This document shows, in pieces, positions 14,620 to 29,960 of a DNA stretch of 64,000 nucleotides. The stretch lies in NCBI RefSeq assembly GCF_009914755.1, contig NC_060947.1; one strand, written 5' to 3'. Within the stretch, counting starts at the first letter, position 1; every line of letters starts with the position of its first letter. The position numbers and the translations under genes were made by a program. The notes beneath the pieces are model-generated. The model saw only the letters and a list, made by a program, of their open reading frames with translations. It made no database searches and had not been told where the DNA came from. Origin of the DNA: the human T2T-CHM13v2.0 reference genome, Homo sapiens.

Positions 14620-14850
14620 TAGAGTTCTTACTTTGTACTGGGCATTATTTTAAGCCTTCATAAGTATTAACTCACTTAATCCTCAAAAAAACTTTATGAG
14701 GTAGATACTACTTTTATCCCCATTTTATAAATGAGAGAACGATGTTCAGAGAGGTTAAATAACTTGCTTACAATTGTCCAACTAGTAAGGGGCACAGGCA
14801 AGATTCAAATTTAGGGAGTCTAGTGCCACAGTCTACACTTTTACAACAAA
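14620..14850 (-). mobile_element. MIR
   Basis: atccccattttataaatgag...cagagaggttaaataacttgc. Confidence 0.8.
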
Positions 14851-14979
14851 GCCAAGCAATTTCAGCTCTATCAGATGTTTTTATTGGCATGACCTTACAT
14901 TTCTAAATAACATCCTTACATTGGTAGTTTTAATTTTTTTCAACTTTAGACAGTATCAATTAACTTCTGCAAATTTGGA

Positions 14980-16340
14980 CTTTTTTTCTGCCACTACTTC
15001 TACAAATATTTTTATGCCACTTCCTTCCTCTCTATTCGGGATTCCAATTACATGTATATTTGGCTGTCTGAAATTGTCCTATAGCTTACCAATGCTCTAT
15101 TTTTGTTTTGCAGTCTTTTTATTTTTTTGCCATTGTGAAAACACATGCAAGTGTGTTTCATTTTGGATAGCTTCTATTGATATATCTTCAAGTTCACTAG
15201 CCTTTTCTTCTGTGATACCTAATCTGCTGTTAACCCCTCCAGTGTATTTTTTATCTTAGATATTATAACTTTCATCTCTAGTTTGATTTGGGTCTTTTAA
15301 AAAATGTCTTCCATATCTCAAGATATTCAGGCTGGGTGTGGTGGCTCACACCTTTAATCACAGCACTCTGGGAGGCTGAGGTGGGAAGATCACTTGAGAC
15401 CAGCCTGGGCAACATAGCGAGATTCCATCTAAAAAAAAAAAAAAAAAAGCCTGCATCTGGTGACATGTGCCTGTAGTCCTAGCTACTTGGGAGGCTGAAG
15501 CAAGAGGATCTTCTGAGCCCAGGAGTTCAAGGGTACAGTGGGTCACGATGCTGCCACTGCACTCCAGCCTGGGCAACAGGACAATGTCTTGTCTCTGAAA
15601 ACAAAAAAAGATATTTAGCCTTTCCTCTAGCTTTCTGAACATATGGAATACAGTTAAAATAATTGCTTTTATGTCCTTGCTTGCTAATTCTAATACCTGT
15701 GTCATATCTGGGTCCGTTTCAATTGGTTGCCTTTTCTTCTCATTATGGATTGTATTTTCTTGATTTTTTGCCTATCAGGTAATTTTTTACTGGATATCAG
15801 ACTTGTTAATTTTCTCTTTCGGGATGCTGTATATTTTTGTATTCCTATAAATATTCTTAAACTTTGTTCTGAGACACAGTTAAGTTACTTGAAAACAGCT
15901 TGATCCTTTCAAGTCTTGGTTTTCAGATTTGATAGGTGAGATCAGAGCAATGTTTAGTCTAGAGACAATTTTTCTCCACTACTGAGGCAAAACCCTTCTG
16001 AGTACTCTATTCCAGTGTCCTGTGAGTCATGAGATTTTCCAGTTTAGCTGGTAGGAACACACACTATTGCTAGACCTATGTGAGTACCAGGGATTGTTCC
16101 CTCTTATCTTTTTGGGTGGCTCTTTCCCCAGCATTATGCAGTTTCCTCGCATGCATTTGTTGATCAGTATTCTGTTGACTACTAGAGGGAAACTCTGAAG
16201 GTCTCTAGAATTCTCTCTGCAGCTTTTTCCTCTCTGGTACTATGTCCTGTGAACTCCAGCCAACTTCGTCCACTTGGATTCTCAGCTCTGTCTCCTTAAT
16301 TTTAGGGAACTCATTGGGCTCTGCCTGGATTTCCCCTTCC
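14980..16340 (-). mobile_element. Old L1M fragment interrupted by an Alu
   Basis: T-rich L1M-like text (gggattccaattacatgtatatt...tcttcaagttcact); Alu inserted at 15330. Confidence 0.55.
15330..15607 (+). mobile_element. Alu (AluJ-like)
   Basis: ggctgggtgtggtggctcac...ctccagcctgggcaacagg; TSD aagatatt(c/t)ag. Confidence 0.92.
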
Positions 16341-16609
16341 TGTACCACTTGATTCCCTTAAGCTTTTCAAACAAACGCTCCTGTAGTTTCTTAAGAAAGA
16401 GTACATGGGAAGTAAATTTTCAAGAACTTTTTGCCTAAAAATATTTCAAGTTAATTTTCACACTTGATAGGTTGGAAATAAATTTTGAAGGCATGACTTC
16501 ATTGTCTCCTGGCTTCCATTATTGTGTTGAGACGTTCACTGCCGTTTTGAATCCAGATCTTTTGAATATAACCTATGTTTTAAAATCCAGAAGCTTAAAC
16601 AAAAGTTAA

Positions 16610-17425
16610 TATTACTTTTAATTGACAAATCATAGTTGTATACATTAATGGGTTGCAATGTGATGTTTTCATATATGCATACAATGTGGAATGACTAATC
16701 AAAGCCAATTAACATATCCATTACCTCACCATTTTTTGTGGTCAGCCATTGAGATTTACTCTTTTAGCTATTTTGAAACATACAATATGTTATTATTGAT
16801 TATATTCACACTGCTGCACAACAGATCTCAGAAACTTATTCCTCCTGTCTAACTGAAACTTTATACCCTTTGTCCAACAACTCCCCATTCCCTCCTCATA
16901 CCAGCCTCTAGTAACCACCATTCTACTCTCTATTTCTATGAGTTTGATTTTTTCAGATTCCACCTATGTGCGAGATCATATGGTATTTGTCTTTCTGTGC
17001 CTGGCTTATTTTACTTAGCATACATCCTCCAGGTTCATTTATGCTGTCAAGGATAACAGGATTTCCTCCAACTTCAGTGGCTGAAAGGTATTACATTATG
17101 TATCTATACCACATTTTCTTTATCCATTCATCCATTGATAGAAACTTAGGTAGATACCATATCTTGGCTATTCTGAATAATGCTTCAGTGAACATGGGAA
17201 TGCAGATATTTCTTTGACATATTGATTTCAACTTCTTTGGATATATACTGACTAGTGGGATTGCTGGATCCTACAGTAGTTCTATTTTTAGTTTTTTGAG
17301 GAACCTCCATACTGTTTTTTATAATGGCTGTACTAATTTATATTCCCACCAACAATGTATAAGGGTTCCCTTTTCTCTACATCCTCACCAGCACTTATCC
17401 TTCCTCCTTTTAATAATAGCCATTA
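16610..17425 (-). mobile_element. L1MA-type 3' fragment
   Basis: ttttaattgacaaat...ttccacctatgtgcgagatcatatggtatttgtctttctgtgcctggc...gggattgctggatc. Confidence 0.85.
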
Positions 17426-17471
17426 CGATCTAGAAGTTTTAAAGATCTTATCTTTAACCCAGTTTTTCTGA

Positions 17472-18317
<846 letters not shown>

Positions 18318-20839
18318 TAGCTCTGGGAAATGTTCTTGTATTATTTGCTAATAATTTCCTCCCCTTTATTCTTTCTCTTCTTTGTTTATGGGACTTTGAT
18401 TAGTGAACTGTTGGACATCCTAGACTTTTTTTCTCTAATTTTATCTTTTCCATTTTCCATGACTTTGTCTTCTTATTTTACTAAGATACTTCCTTAATTT
18501 TTCATTAAATCCTTCTATTGAAATTTTAATTTCAGCATTCCTAATTTTATTCACAAGAGCTCATCCTTCACCTTGTTTCTTTTTTAGCATTCTGTTTTTG
18601 CTTTGTGGATACGAACTATTTGGTTTTCTTCTTGAGAATATTGTCATTTTTAAAAGTTTGCTTCTAAACCCTGCATTGTCTGGGTTTCCTCCCAGTTCCT
18701 TTTCTCTGTTAGTTTAAATTGCTGTCTTTTCCTAAATATCTGGCAAACTACTGGCTGTGTGTTTGAGTTTAAGCACTAAAAGATGACTGGAAACTCTGAG
18801 TGGATGGGAATAATTTATGGGTTGGTGAACTTTGCTATAGGATTATAAGGCGGAATGCTGGCTTTTTATTGATGGACTCCCAAGTGTCAGTTCTGTAGGT
18901 CTTTTCTCTTGGGTCAGTTTCCCTTGGATGAAATCCTCCAATCTCCTGCTTTTGATTGGAGGGGCAGCGGTGTGGAAGGTATAAGCCTGGCTGCCAGCAT
19001 TCTGGGAGCCAAGGAGGGAAAAGGAGCTGAGAGTTTTAAGACTGCTTTTAGTATAATGTCAAAGATCAGCAGAAAGTAAAACTCACATATCCTGCCAGAA
19101 TGAGGGAAGGGTAGTCTCTGGTTTAGTGTGCATGGATCTGTGGATCTAGTTGTTCCTCATGCAAACTTTCAACTTTCTGTGGCACTAAATCAACTTGATG
19201 TTGTTGGCTTCCTGATCTAGCTTTCTCTGGACTGTTATTGGTTACCACACATTCATCCCTTTCTAGCTTCCAAACATTTGTTGACAATCTTTTACTTGTT
19301 GGCATCTCTTTTCCATTCTCTTTGTCTTTGTGGGTTTATGACATTTCATTCTTTGACTGTTATTTCAGTGAGATTTCATGAAAGCAAAAATAAAACATAT
19401 ATTCAAACCACTGTATTTAATAATCTCTGCTCTCCAACCCTCTGAAATGTTTTGTCCCACTACCACACCATTGAAAGTATTCTTTTCAAGGTCATCAAAT
19501 GAATACCTTGTTGCTAAATATAATAGACACCCCTTTGTTTCATCTTACTTGATCTCTCAGTAGCATTTGTCCTCCTGAACATTTTTACTTGAAATTTCTC
19601 TGCCCTTACCTTCCATGAACACTCCTGGTTTTCTTCCTACTTTGTTGTTTTTGTTTTGTTTTGCCTTTGTGAGCAATGTTTCCTTGGCCTATTCCTTTAA
19701 TGCTATTGTTCTTTGTGATTGTGTCTTAGGTTATTCTCTTCTCTCATTACACGTTCTCCTTGTTGCAAACTCATTGGTTCCTAGGGCTTCAATTACCATC
19801 TAGATGGTTATGATTCCCAACTCTTTATCTGAATCTTCTTTGCATAGGCTCAGGTATAACCTGAGGTGTAGGTGGAATAGATGACTATCTATGTAGTATG
19901 ACTTGAGAATCATCTACTCACCTTCAATACTGGTCTCCCACAGGGTCTGAAATTTTCCCCCACCATTATGCATTGTATTGTGTTAAGCCACCATGACTTC
20001 AGTTAAAATGAAATTTTAGCTGGGAGAGATATGCCTTTCCCCTTACAAATGACACCTTATATTATGTGCAATAGAAACCAAGGCCTTGAGAGACTGCAAC
20101 AAGATCGCTAATGTTGTGTTTTGCTTAAATAAAAAAACACAGACAGTCAGATACACACACACACACACCCCACCATGTCACTTTTAACCCATTCTTAACC
20201 TTTGGTCCATCATTAACATTTAGGAATATGGTATTCTAATATTTCTATTTAGATATATTTCACAAACATGATATGCTATATATACTATATTATACTCTAC
20301 ATTTGAAACAATGTATCACAAACTTTTCTCTATATCATTGGATATTATAAAACCTGATTTCCAATTGCTTCATGTTATTTTATCTTTTGATGTATAGTAC
20401 ATTACTTAACTCAGTCTCCACTGTTAGACAATCAGGCTACATATGGTGTGTTGAGTGCCCTTGTAGTTCTATCTTTGCATACATCTCAATTATTTCCATA
20501 ATAAAAATTTTATGAAATAGAACTGTGGTGTCAAAGAAGACTTATATTTTAAGCTATTTTGAAATTTAATGCTAATTTGGCCTTCAAAATATGTATCAAT
20601 TTCAATCCTAATACAAATATGTAGGCATTATTGACTATAGGCATAAAAGCTCCTATGCTGTCATTTGTTTGTAATTTAAACGCTATCTCATTTTAATTTA
20701 CATTTCTTTGATTTCTCATAAAGTTGGACTTTTTAAATATATTTATTGGCCATTTGTTTGCTTTGACTTTGTTTTCTTTGATGCTTTGTGAATTAACCCT
20801 TTTTGTTTTGTTTGTTTACACTCATGCTTATTCCAAGAC

Positions 20840-21365
20840 ACTTTAAAATCTGGTCTCTTTGCCTCCAATTTTGACCCTTTCCAATCCCTCCACTGAAGCC
20901 ATAGTAGTATTCCTGAAACATGAATTTCAGCATATTATTTCCCCACCTAATGCTTAGTGACCCCCATCGTTCTTAAGATAAAATCCAACGTTTGTAACGT
21001 GGCCTACAAAGTCCTGCATGATTTTGTCTCATTCTCCAGGCTTCAAACAAGAGAGAACACACACACATCCACATAGTCTTTGCTTAGTTAACTCTTACTC
21101 ATTACATAGGTCATTGGTGAAAATCGACTTCCACATGGGAGATTTCCCTTAGCTCCCAAGTCTCTTTAGATAACTCCTGTGTATGCTCTACTCCCTTTGT
21201 AGCAGCACTTCTATTGCCCACGTAATGTCTTTCTCCTTCATGATGTGTGAGCTCTTGAAGGCAAGAACCACAGCAAAGCTTGTTCACTTTGTGTATCTCC
21301 AGTGCCCAGTACAGTGCCTGGCACATTAGTTGTGCTTAATAAGTATTGGATAGATGGATGGAGGA
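20840..21365 (+). mobile_element. L2 3' end
   Basis: atgtgtgagctcttgaaggcaag...cagtgcctggcacattag...tggatagatggatgga, the typical L2 terminus. Confidence 0.75.
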
Positions 21366-21914
21366 AATAAAGAAGATTGGAGAGGCCAGAAAGAAATTCC
21401 ATGAGCTAATTTTCTAGATTAACTGTTATCCTAAAGAAGTTGTTGTCTCCTTACTCACCAAATCCTGGCTATTCATGTGAGACCTTATGATTGTACTGAG
21501 CTAGTCTTTCATTTGGCCTGTAGTTTATCACTGAAACATCTCTATTTTCAGAAACAATAAGAGGTGTTGTTGGTAGATGTATAGCAGGGTATATGTACAT
21601 GAGGATATGTATTTTTCAGTTTCCCATTCCCTTACAACTAGTTCACCATAAAAGTTTCCTCTCTGGTCTTCCTACATTCAATGCCTTTTCTCTCTCCTCT
21701 AACCTACATATTATTGCCAAGTGAATTTTTCTTTCCTCACCATCATTTACATGTTCAAGGATCTCATTGGCTCTGATTTAGAAGATCTTGCACAGGACTA
21801 AAACATGTATATTTTGGCAAAAGCTCCTCCAGATAATCCTGATGTGTAGCGATGGCTAAAAATTGCTGAAATATATAAAATATACCTCAATTTTTTGAAG
21901 AAAAGAACAGTCTA

Positions 21915-22155
21915 AATGGTTAAGGTTATAGAATTTAGAATCAGATGGACATGGGCTCAATTATATTTCTGACTCTTACTGGTTGTGTGATCTTGGACAA
22001 GTTACTTAGCATTTTAATGTGCCAACTTTCTCATTCGCAAAATGGAAATAACATCTACTACATAGTGTTATGGTAAAGAGTAAATTAGATAGTGTATGTA
22101 AAGTGAATGCACAGAGCATTGTATATACTAAGCACCCAATAAATGTTAGCAGTTA
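21915..22155 (+). mobile_element. MIR
   Basis: ttgtgtgatcttggacaagttactta...aaaatgg...caataaatgttagc. Confidence 0.75.
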
Positions 22156-22366
22156 TTTTGTTGTTAGTCATTCAATTGTTCATTCAACAATTATTTTTTC
22201 ACTATGTGTCAAATGCTGTGTTAGGGCCATGGAAGATATTAAGAGGTACAAAATATGAACCCTGCTCTTGAGACTCCTAGATTTAGTTGGGAAGATAAAA
22301 CTATCATAGCACTATACAATCTGAGGATAATAAAGTGAAATATAAATATTATAAAAGATCACATAG

Positions 22367-22661
22367 GTCAGGTGCGGTGGCTAGCTCATGTAATTCCAGC
22401 ACTTTGGGAGGCCAAAACGGGTGGATCACTTGAGGTCAGGAGTTTGAGACCAGCCTGGCCAACTTGGCAAAATCCCGTCTCTACTAAAAATACAAAAATT
22501 AGCTGGGTGTGGTGGCGGGCCACCAGCTAGGGAGGCTGAGACATGAGAATTGCTTGAACCTGGAAGGGGGTCGGAGAGGCAGAGATTGCAGTGAACTGAG
22601 ATGGCGCCACTGCACTGCAACCTGGGTGACACAGCAAGACTCTGTCTCAAAAAAAAAAAAA
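22367..22661 (+). mobile_element. Alu (AluS-like)
   Basis: ggtcaggtgcggtggc...ctctgtctcaaaaaa; TSD aa(g/a)atcacata. Confidence 0.93.
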
Positions 22662-23072
22662 TCACATAAAGGATATATTTAGGGAAGGTGTTAACCTAGC
22701 ATGCTGACTTGCTGACTAGCATAAACAAAAAAGAAAAATCTCTCTTAAACTGTTTTTACCAAACCTTTAAAGGTCTAGTTTTGATGCTGTCTGCCAGATG
22801 GAAAATGATGCAGAGGGGAAAAAATCCTGTATTTACTTCTCAAAATTAAGACCGGATGGGGGAGTGTGTTTGAGGGGTGAACATATGTGAATAAATATGG
22901 TATAACTCTTAATTGGTTCCTGATGATTAAAATTTAAATAGTTTCCATTGGAAAGGCAGAGATATGATATTTTCACTAAATAAATCAAGCCTTACAAGTC
23001 ATTTATTTTCTCCTTGTTAAACCAGAAATCAAACACTGGGTGAAAGTTGCAACCTATTTTGATGTATATTGA

Positions 23073-23291
<219 letters not shown>

Positions 23292-23927
23292 TGAAAAAGA
23301 CAATATTTATAATTTACATATTTTATAATCTTTAAAATGATGCATGTGTCTTTTCAGACAGAATATATTTTAGTTCATGTAACAGAAAAAAAGATGATTT
23401 ATGATTTGTTAACTATTTCTAGGGTCAAAATGGGTATACCATCTGTACTTAAGAGTAAAACACAAGAAATTGCTGATAGATTTGTCCTTATGAATCTAAC
23501 AGTAATGTATTGTTGCTAGTTATGAGAGTAGAACTCAGGTGACAATTAGGGAATATTAGAGAATGCCTTATGTGGGTGTAAGTACAACCAAAATGGTTTT
23601 AAGGAAAATTAGGAGTTAGTAGATCAGGAAGAAAAATGTAAGAAATATCTGGCTCTCAGACAATTTTAGAAAATGAGGGATGCAACCAGCCTGTTAAAAA
23701 TGCTGGCTACTTTCAGGATTATTTAATGATCATTTCATGAAAAAAATATACACAAACAATTTTTGAACTGTTTTGTTACTATATTAAATAGCTGCTCCTT
23801 ATTGAACATCTACTTTATTCTAGACACTGTATATTAATTTTGTATCTTTAAACCTTACAACAAATCTATAAGTTAATTATCACCCCTATTTTATAGATGA
23901 GGGAACTCATTATTTTGCACTTGACTA

Positions 23928-24245
<318 letters not shown>

Positions 24246-24596
24246 TCATTTTGAAATTTAAAAAAATAAGTTGAAGACCGTATGTTAAGAAAACCATATA
24301 ATCACTTTAATGTCTACATAAGTGTTTATGCAGGCAGACTAGACAGCTGGGGCAGTCATCACAAAAATTTAGGCTTATATCTTTGCTAAAATATTTTTAT
24401 TGATGTAGCAAAAGTGGTTTTAGGGAGCTTGAGATCCCAGCATTTTGCTTCAGGTTGCATGGTTCATGCAATCTAAAGATTCTCTATTAAGAAAATCTCT
24501 TCAAGAGATGTTGGGTTACGCAGGAAGAGTAACAATTGTAAAATTCCAGAAGAGAAAGTATGCTTTCCTTACTTTCTTTTCCACCTTTCCTTACAG

Positions 24597-24830
24597 CCCC
24601 AAACCCACCATCTATCCGAGAAGAACTCTGTACTGCCTCCCATGACACCATTACAGTCCACTGGATCTCGGATGATGAGTTCAGCATCAGCTCCTATGAG
24701 CTTCAGTACACCATATTCACTGGCCAGGCTAACTTCATCAGTAAGTCATGGTGTAGTTGGGGCCTGTGGCCAGAGATAAGGAAATGTAAGGAAGCAGTAA
24801 GCTGCTCAAGATTGGCCGGGGCGCCACGAG
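24597..24830 (+). CDS. MID2: MID2 coding exon, FN3 N-half; short form ends 24740 (GT donor), long form ends 24830 (GC donor, +30 aa)
   Basis: ttacAG acceptor ends 24596; peptide [22 protein letters not shown]...YELQY; donors TCA|GTAAGT (24741) and GAG|GCAAGT (24831), both phase 1. Confidence 0.93.
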
Positions 24831-27809
24831 GCAAGTGTTTGTAAGACATGTTAGGTTGTTTAGTATAGTGTTTCATAGACAGTGTAAGCTCCCCAGGGCA
24901 TTGCAAAGACCTTACTGATGGGTAACAAGCAAGTTGTATATTTCCTTGCTGGGCAGTTGCTGGGGCCATTCCCATTCATTTATGTAACCCTTAGCCTTTC
25001 CTCAATTAATCCATGTCACTCCACTTTCCCAAGGAGAGTACAGCTTGGTACTTGTTCCTTGCCACCATCATTGCTGGTTCTGTGTGTATGAACATCTCTC
25101 TCCTTGACTCTTCTTCTACTTCATTATCGTGGTAAAATACATTATGTTCAAAGACTTTTCCTTTACCAAACCTACCTCTATCAGTGAATATGGTGACAAG
25201 CCTCCTGCCTCTGTCACTCTTCCCTTTACTTCTTCCTTTCCACCAAGAATTATGCTAAATATGAAAACATGTCAGTGGGCCACAAAATGAAAAAGGTTAA
25301 CAAAGCTGTTGTTTAGCTCACATGTTACGGTTTCACTTTCTGGTGAATTGGAGCAAGACAAAACAGAGTAGGAACTTCACTCATGCCAGTCAAGAGGGGA
25401 TGAGCTGAAAGTTCCCCTCAATGCCCTGGGTGCAGTGAGGGCTGGGGTGAGGGATGGTGGAAATGGAAACAAAAGCAAAATTAAAGCTGGATTCAAGACT
25501 GGAACAGATTCCCAACCTAAAATAACATCTCCATAGCTGCAAATTAGTATTTTCTTTTACTTTTTTGTTCCTGCTTTTGTGTCTGACTTCACAGGCCAGC
25601 ATGAGAGTAGTTTTTCCAACTAACCCCTTCAAATAGGCTTCCTTTTCCTGTTTTGTGACAAATCTGGGGCAGAATTCTGTTTTGTAACAAGGTGGGGTGG
25701 GGAGATGAGAGGACATTTGGGGATCAAACTCTAAAAAACATTTGCTTCGTGCAGCTCCAACCTAAACCACTTGGCCCATGTAACTATGTTCCTGGGTGTT
25801 TCTTCAGATTGTGAAGTCACAAACTCTAATGCTTCACTGATTTATTTGTCTCTCCTACTCTGGAAAGTCTTAGCGCCAACAACTGTGCTTCTTTTTCCTG
25901 ATATGGGGAAAGCAGTCATCTCCCAGGAATTAAGAAGAAGTCTGAGAAGTGACAAAGATCTAAAGGTTGTCACCTCTGTTTTCAAGGTTATATAGTCCTT
26001 TGTAAAGAAAAGCTTAAAGGATAATTCTTAACAGTGATAGGATCATAGCATCTTAGAATTGGAATGGAGCTTAGAAGTCATCTAGTCTAATCTTCTTCCC
26101 TTCTACCAGACACCCAGTAGATAATCATCCTGTCTCTGCTTGAACATTTCCAGTGATAGGTACCTCACTTCTAACAAAACAACCCATTTGATTGTTGTGC
26201 AGCTATAAATAATGGCCAGTGCTTCCTTATAAGGGGCTTAACTCTTCCTTTTAGTAAATAATAACAACAATAATAATTTACATGTGTATTATGCTTTGCC
26301 ATTTACAAATGCTCCCACATACATTATCTCATTTAGTCCTTATGGGTGCTTACTTAGCCTTATAAAATGTTATTAACTCTACTTTATAGATGAAGAAACT
26401 GGGGCTCAGGTTGAGTGAGTTGCCCAAAGTCACAGAGCTACGAAATGAGGGAGTCAAGGTTGCAGCTTGAGCCTGTCAGACTTCAAGTTTAATGCTCCTT
26501 AAAGTAAACCACAGCAACCAATTAGTCCTAGTTCTGAACTTTTGTGCCTCACTAACAAACCTAATCCATCTTTCACATAACAGTTCTTCAGATAATTTTA
26601 GTTAGTTCCTATGTCCTTCTAAATTTTCTCTTTTCCAGGCTAGGCATCTTCCTTTCTTTCAATTGCTCTTCATATGGCATAGTTTCAGATCTTTTGTTAT
26701 CCTAGTATCATTTTTAAGAACACACTCCTGATTATCACTGTGCTTTATAAAATGTTCTGTCAATGAAGTGAATGTAGTACTCCCAAAGTGGTCTGAGCAC
26801 TGCAGAGGATAGCTGGATTATTTCTCTTGTACATTAGCTGATTCCCAATTGCCCTGTACCTTTTTTTTCAGCAGCCACTTTGACTACTGACTGTTTACTG
26901 AGCATATGATCAACTGAATTTTCTATGTATTCCAAATCCTGTTCTTATACAATTGAATGTCTAAAACAAAAATACAAAGCCTTGAATTTATCCCTAGTAC
27001 ATTTTATCTGGTTAGTTCTGCCACTTCATTTCAGCATGCTAAAATCCTTTGGGATACAGATTCTACCTTCAAATATACTTGCTTACCCTCACAGCCTGCC
27101 TTCTATTTCTTCCTCTAGTTATTGATAGAAAATTTTGTTAGAACAAGGACAAGGGCAGAGGCCTGAAGCAAAATTTTGGATGGCAATGAGAAACTATTTT
27201 ACTAGGAATAAGTATTTTTGAAGATTCAGGATCCCAATCCTACCTGCCGGTCTGGCCTGCCACAGTTGACTGAACCTCCGTTCTGAGAGCTACTTTCCTT
27301 TGACGTTTTTTCACATTTTCTTTATCCAGAAATTTCATGCTTGTTGGTGAGGATTATTCCCCCTTCACCTTTTCTTTCAACTTTATTTCCTGATTTTTAA
27401 CTTTCTTCCCACCTCTTCTAAGATTTGAAATGATCACAACCAATGATGTTTCAGATTATGCTGTGAGGTGAATGAGAATTCCAACAGATATTTGAGTGTG
27501 TTTGTCTTCTGATTACTTTATTATCTTTCCTCCGTTTGAATTTTGTGTTTTGCATTACAAAAGCATTAGCCGTAAACTCTGCCTAGCCAGGCGGACCATA
27601 ACATACTACCAGAAAGACATAACTTCTATTTCCCTTCCTTTTCATTCTCATGCAAATACTCTCTACCACACATTTACACTCAGGTTCAGGGATTTCCATA
27701 TTGTAATTTTTCCCTTTTGAACAAGAGGTATACTTCCACTGACATAATTCAATCATAAGTCCCATCTTACTAAATCTCAGTAATACCTAGAGGATCATAT
27801 ATTTACCTT

Positions 27810-29960
27810 TTTAAATTTAGAAATGATTTCAAAATCACAGAAAACTTTCCAAGACTAGCACAAAGAACACCCATATATTCTTTACCCAAATTCACCTACT
27901 GTTAATATTTGTCCCATTTCCTTTAGCATTTGCTAACATTCCCTGTTCTTTTGGAACCATTTTAGAGCAAATTGCATACATCATGGTCTTTCACCTCTGA
28001 ATTCTTCAGTGTATATTTCCTAAGAATAAGGAAATTCTCTTACATAACCACAGTATAGTTACCAACTTGAAGAAATTTAACGTTGATGCAATACTTTTAT
28101 CTAACCACCATTTATATTTCAATTTTTGACATTTGACCAAATAATATTCTTTATGACATATAAAGAACCCAATATTGTCCTTTATAGTTTAGGGTCAGGT
28201 ATTACATTTAATTGTCGTATCTCTTTTGCCATATCTCTTTTAATCTGGAACATTTCTTCAGCCTTTCTTTGTCTTGAACAACATTGACATTTTTTAAAAA
28301 GTGTTCTTTTATGTCTTTATTATACTTCATTATACTGTTCCTTATTTTGATTTTTTCTGAAGTTTTCTCATGATTATATTTAGCAGTACAGTTCTTTCTT
28401 AGGGTATAATATCTGGAGACACATGATGTCCACTTGCCCTTCACTGATGATGCTAATTTTGATCACCTAGTCAAGATGTCGTCTGATTTATTCACTGTAG
28501 TTGCTACTTTTTCTTTTGCCACTAATAAGGAATCTGTGTGGTATGTTTTAAAACCATAAAAATACCCTGCTGCTTCATCAAACCATCTCATCCCTACCCC
28601 CACCCTTGTTTTATTATCAGTTGATGATACTTGCCTGAATCAATCATTAATATGATGATTGCAAAATGATGATTTTTCCAGTTGAGTATTCCCTCCCACA
28701 TTTTCAAGTTGGCACTTGGCATTCTACTATAAGCAAGAGTTCCACTCCCCATTTCCTCCCATTTGTTTATATATCAGTATGGGCTGATGAATTATCTTTT
28801 TTCAATTGTTAATAATTATTTACAGCCCTTACTTGTGTTGGTGTTCAAATTGTCAAGATTTAGCCATTGGGAGCCTTTCAAGGTGATTTCTGGGTCCTTA
28901 TAATATTCCCCCATCATTTTCTTGAGCACTTCCTTACTTTCTGGCATAACAAAATGTTCTAGGCTCATTTTGACCTTATTCTGTCCCAGCCTTGAAATCA
29001 GTCATTATTTTCCAAGAAACCCTGGTTTCTTTTAGTGGGACAATATTAGAGACCAAGACCTGAGTGCTAGATATGCTAGATATAAACACAAATATCCATA
29101 CATGTAAGCATATGCACACATATATAATAACACATGCATACATACTTTATATATGTGCATATTTATGTGCACATACACAAACATATATATATTTTAGAAA
29201 TCATGAGTTTACACCAATACCTTAAATTCCAGTCCATCCCCACAGGTTCCTTCCTGCCTTTCTCCATTCTGTATTTGTATGTTCCTTCTTCCACAGTATG
29301 AACCCTGGCTCCCAACATCAACACATGTACTCATTTGCTCAATCCCATAATACATCTAAAATAGTTTCTGAATTGCTCTGTCCACGCCACAACAAAAACA
29401 AACTGGCTAACAATACTTCAGGATTTGTTTGAGGTTTTCCTCCCACCCCCACTACATTGATGTAATTATGCTGTTCGTCTGAAATGCAGTTGGGTTTGTT
29501 TCAGTTTGCCTTCAGCTTTAGTCCCCAATTTTCCCATCTGTATTCATTTAATTTTATTTTTTTGAATTTGTAAAACAATGTGTTTCCCAAAGAGGATGCT
29601 ATACAAAAAGGTACATTCAGAGAAATGTCATTTCCTCCCACATCCTTTTAATCCTGTTCCTCCACCCCCTACCCCTTGTGGATAACCAACTTCATGAATT
29701 TTTTATTTATCTTTCCTGTTTTTATTGTTGTTGCTTTGTAAATCCAAGCAAATATATGGATGTTTTCTTATTTTTCTTTCTCTCAAAAAAGTAGTGTACT
29801 GCATATATACTACATATACATATATACTTTTGGAATTTGCTTTTTTCAATTGACAATATTTCCTTGAAATCACTCTATATCAGTTCATAGTGATCTTTTC
29901 CTCATTTTTTTCACAGCTGCATAGTACTTCATTGTGAAGTTTGTCTTTGTATTGTTGGGT
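27810..29960 (-). mobile_element. L1MC-type fragment(s)
   Basis: cagaaaactttccaag...ttctcttacataaccacag...cacttccttactttctggcataaca...gagaccaagacctgagtgctag. Confidence 0.65.
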
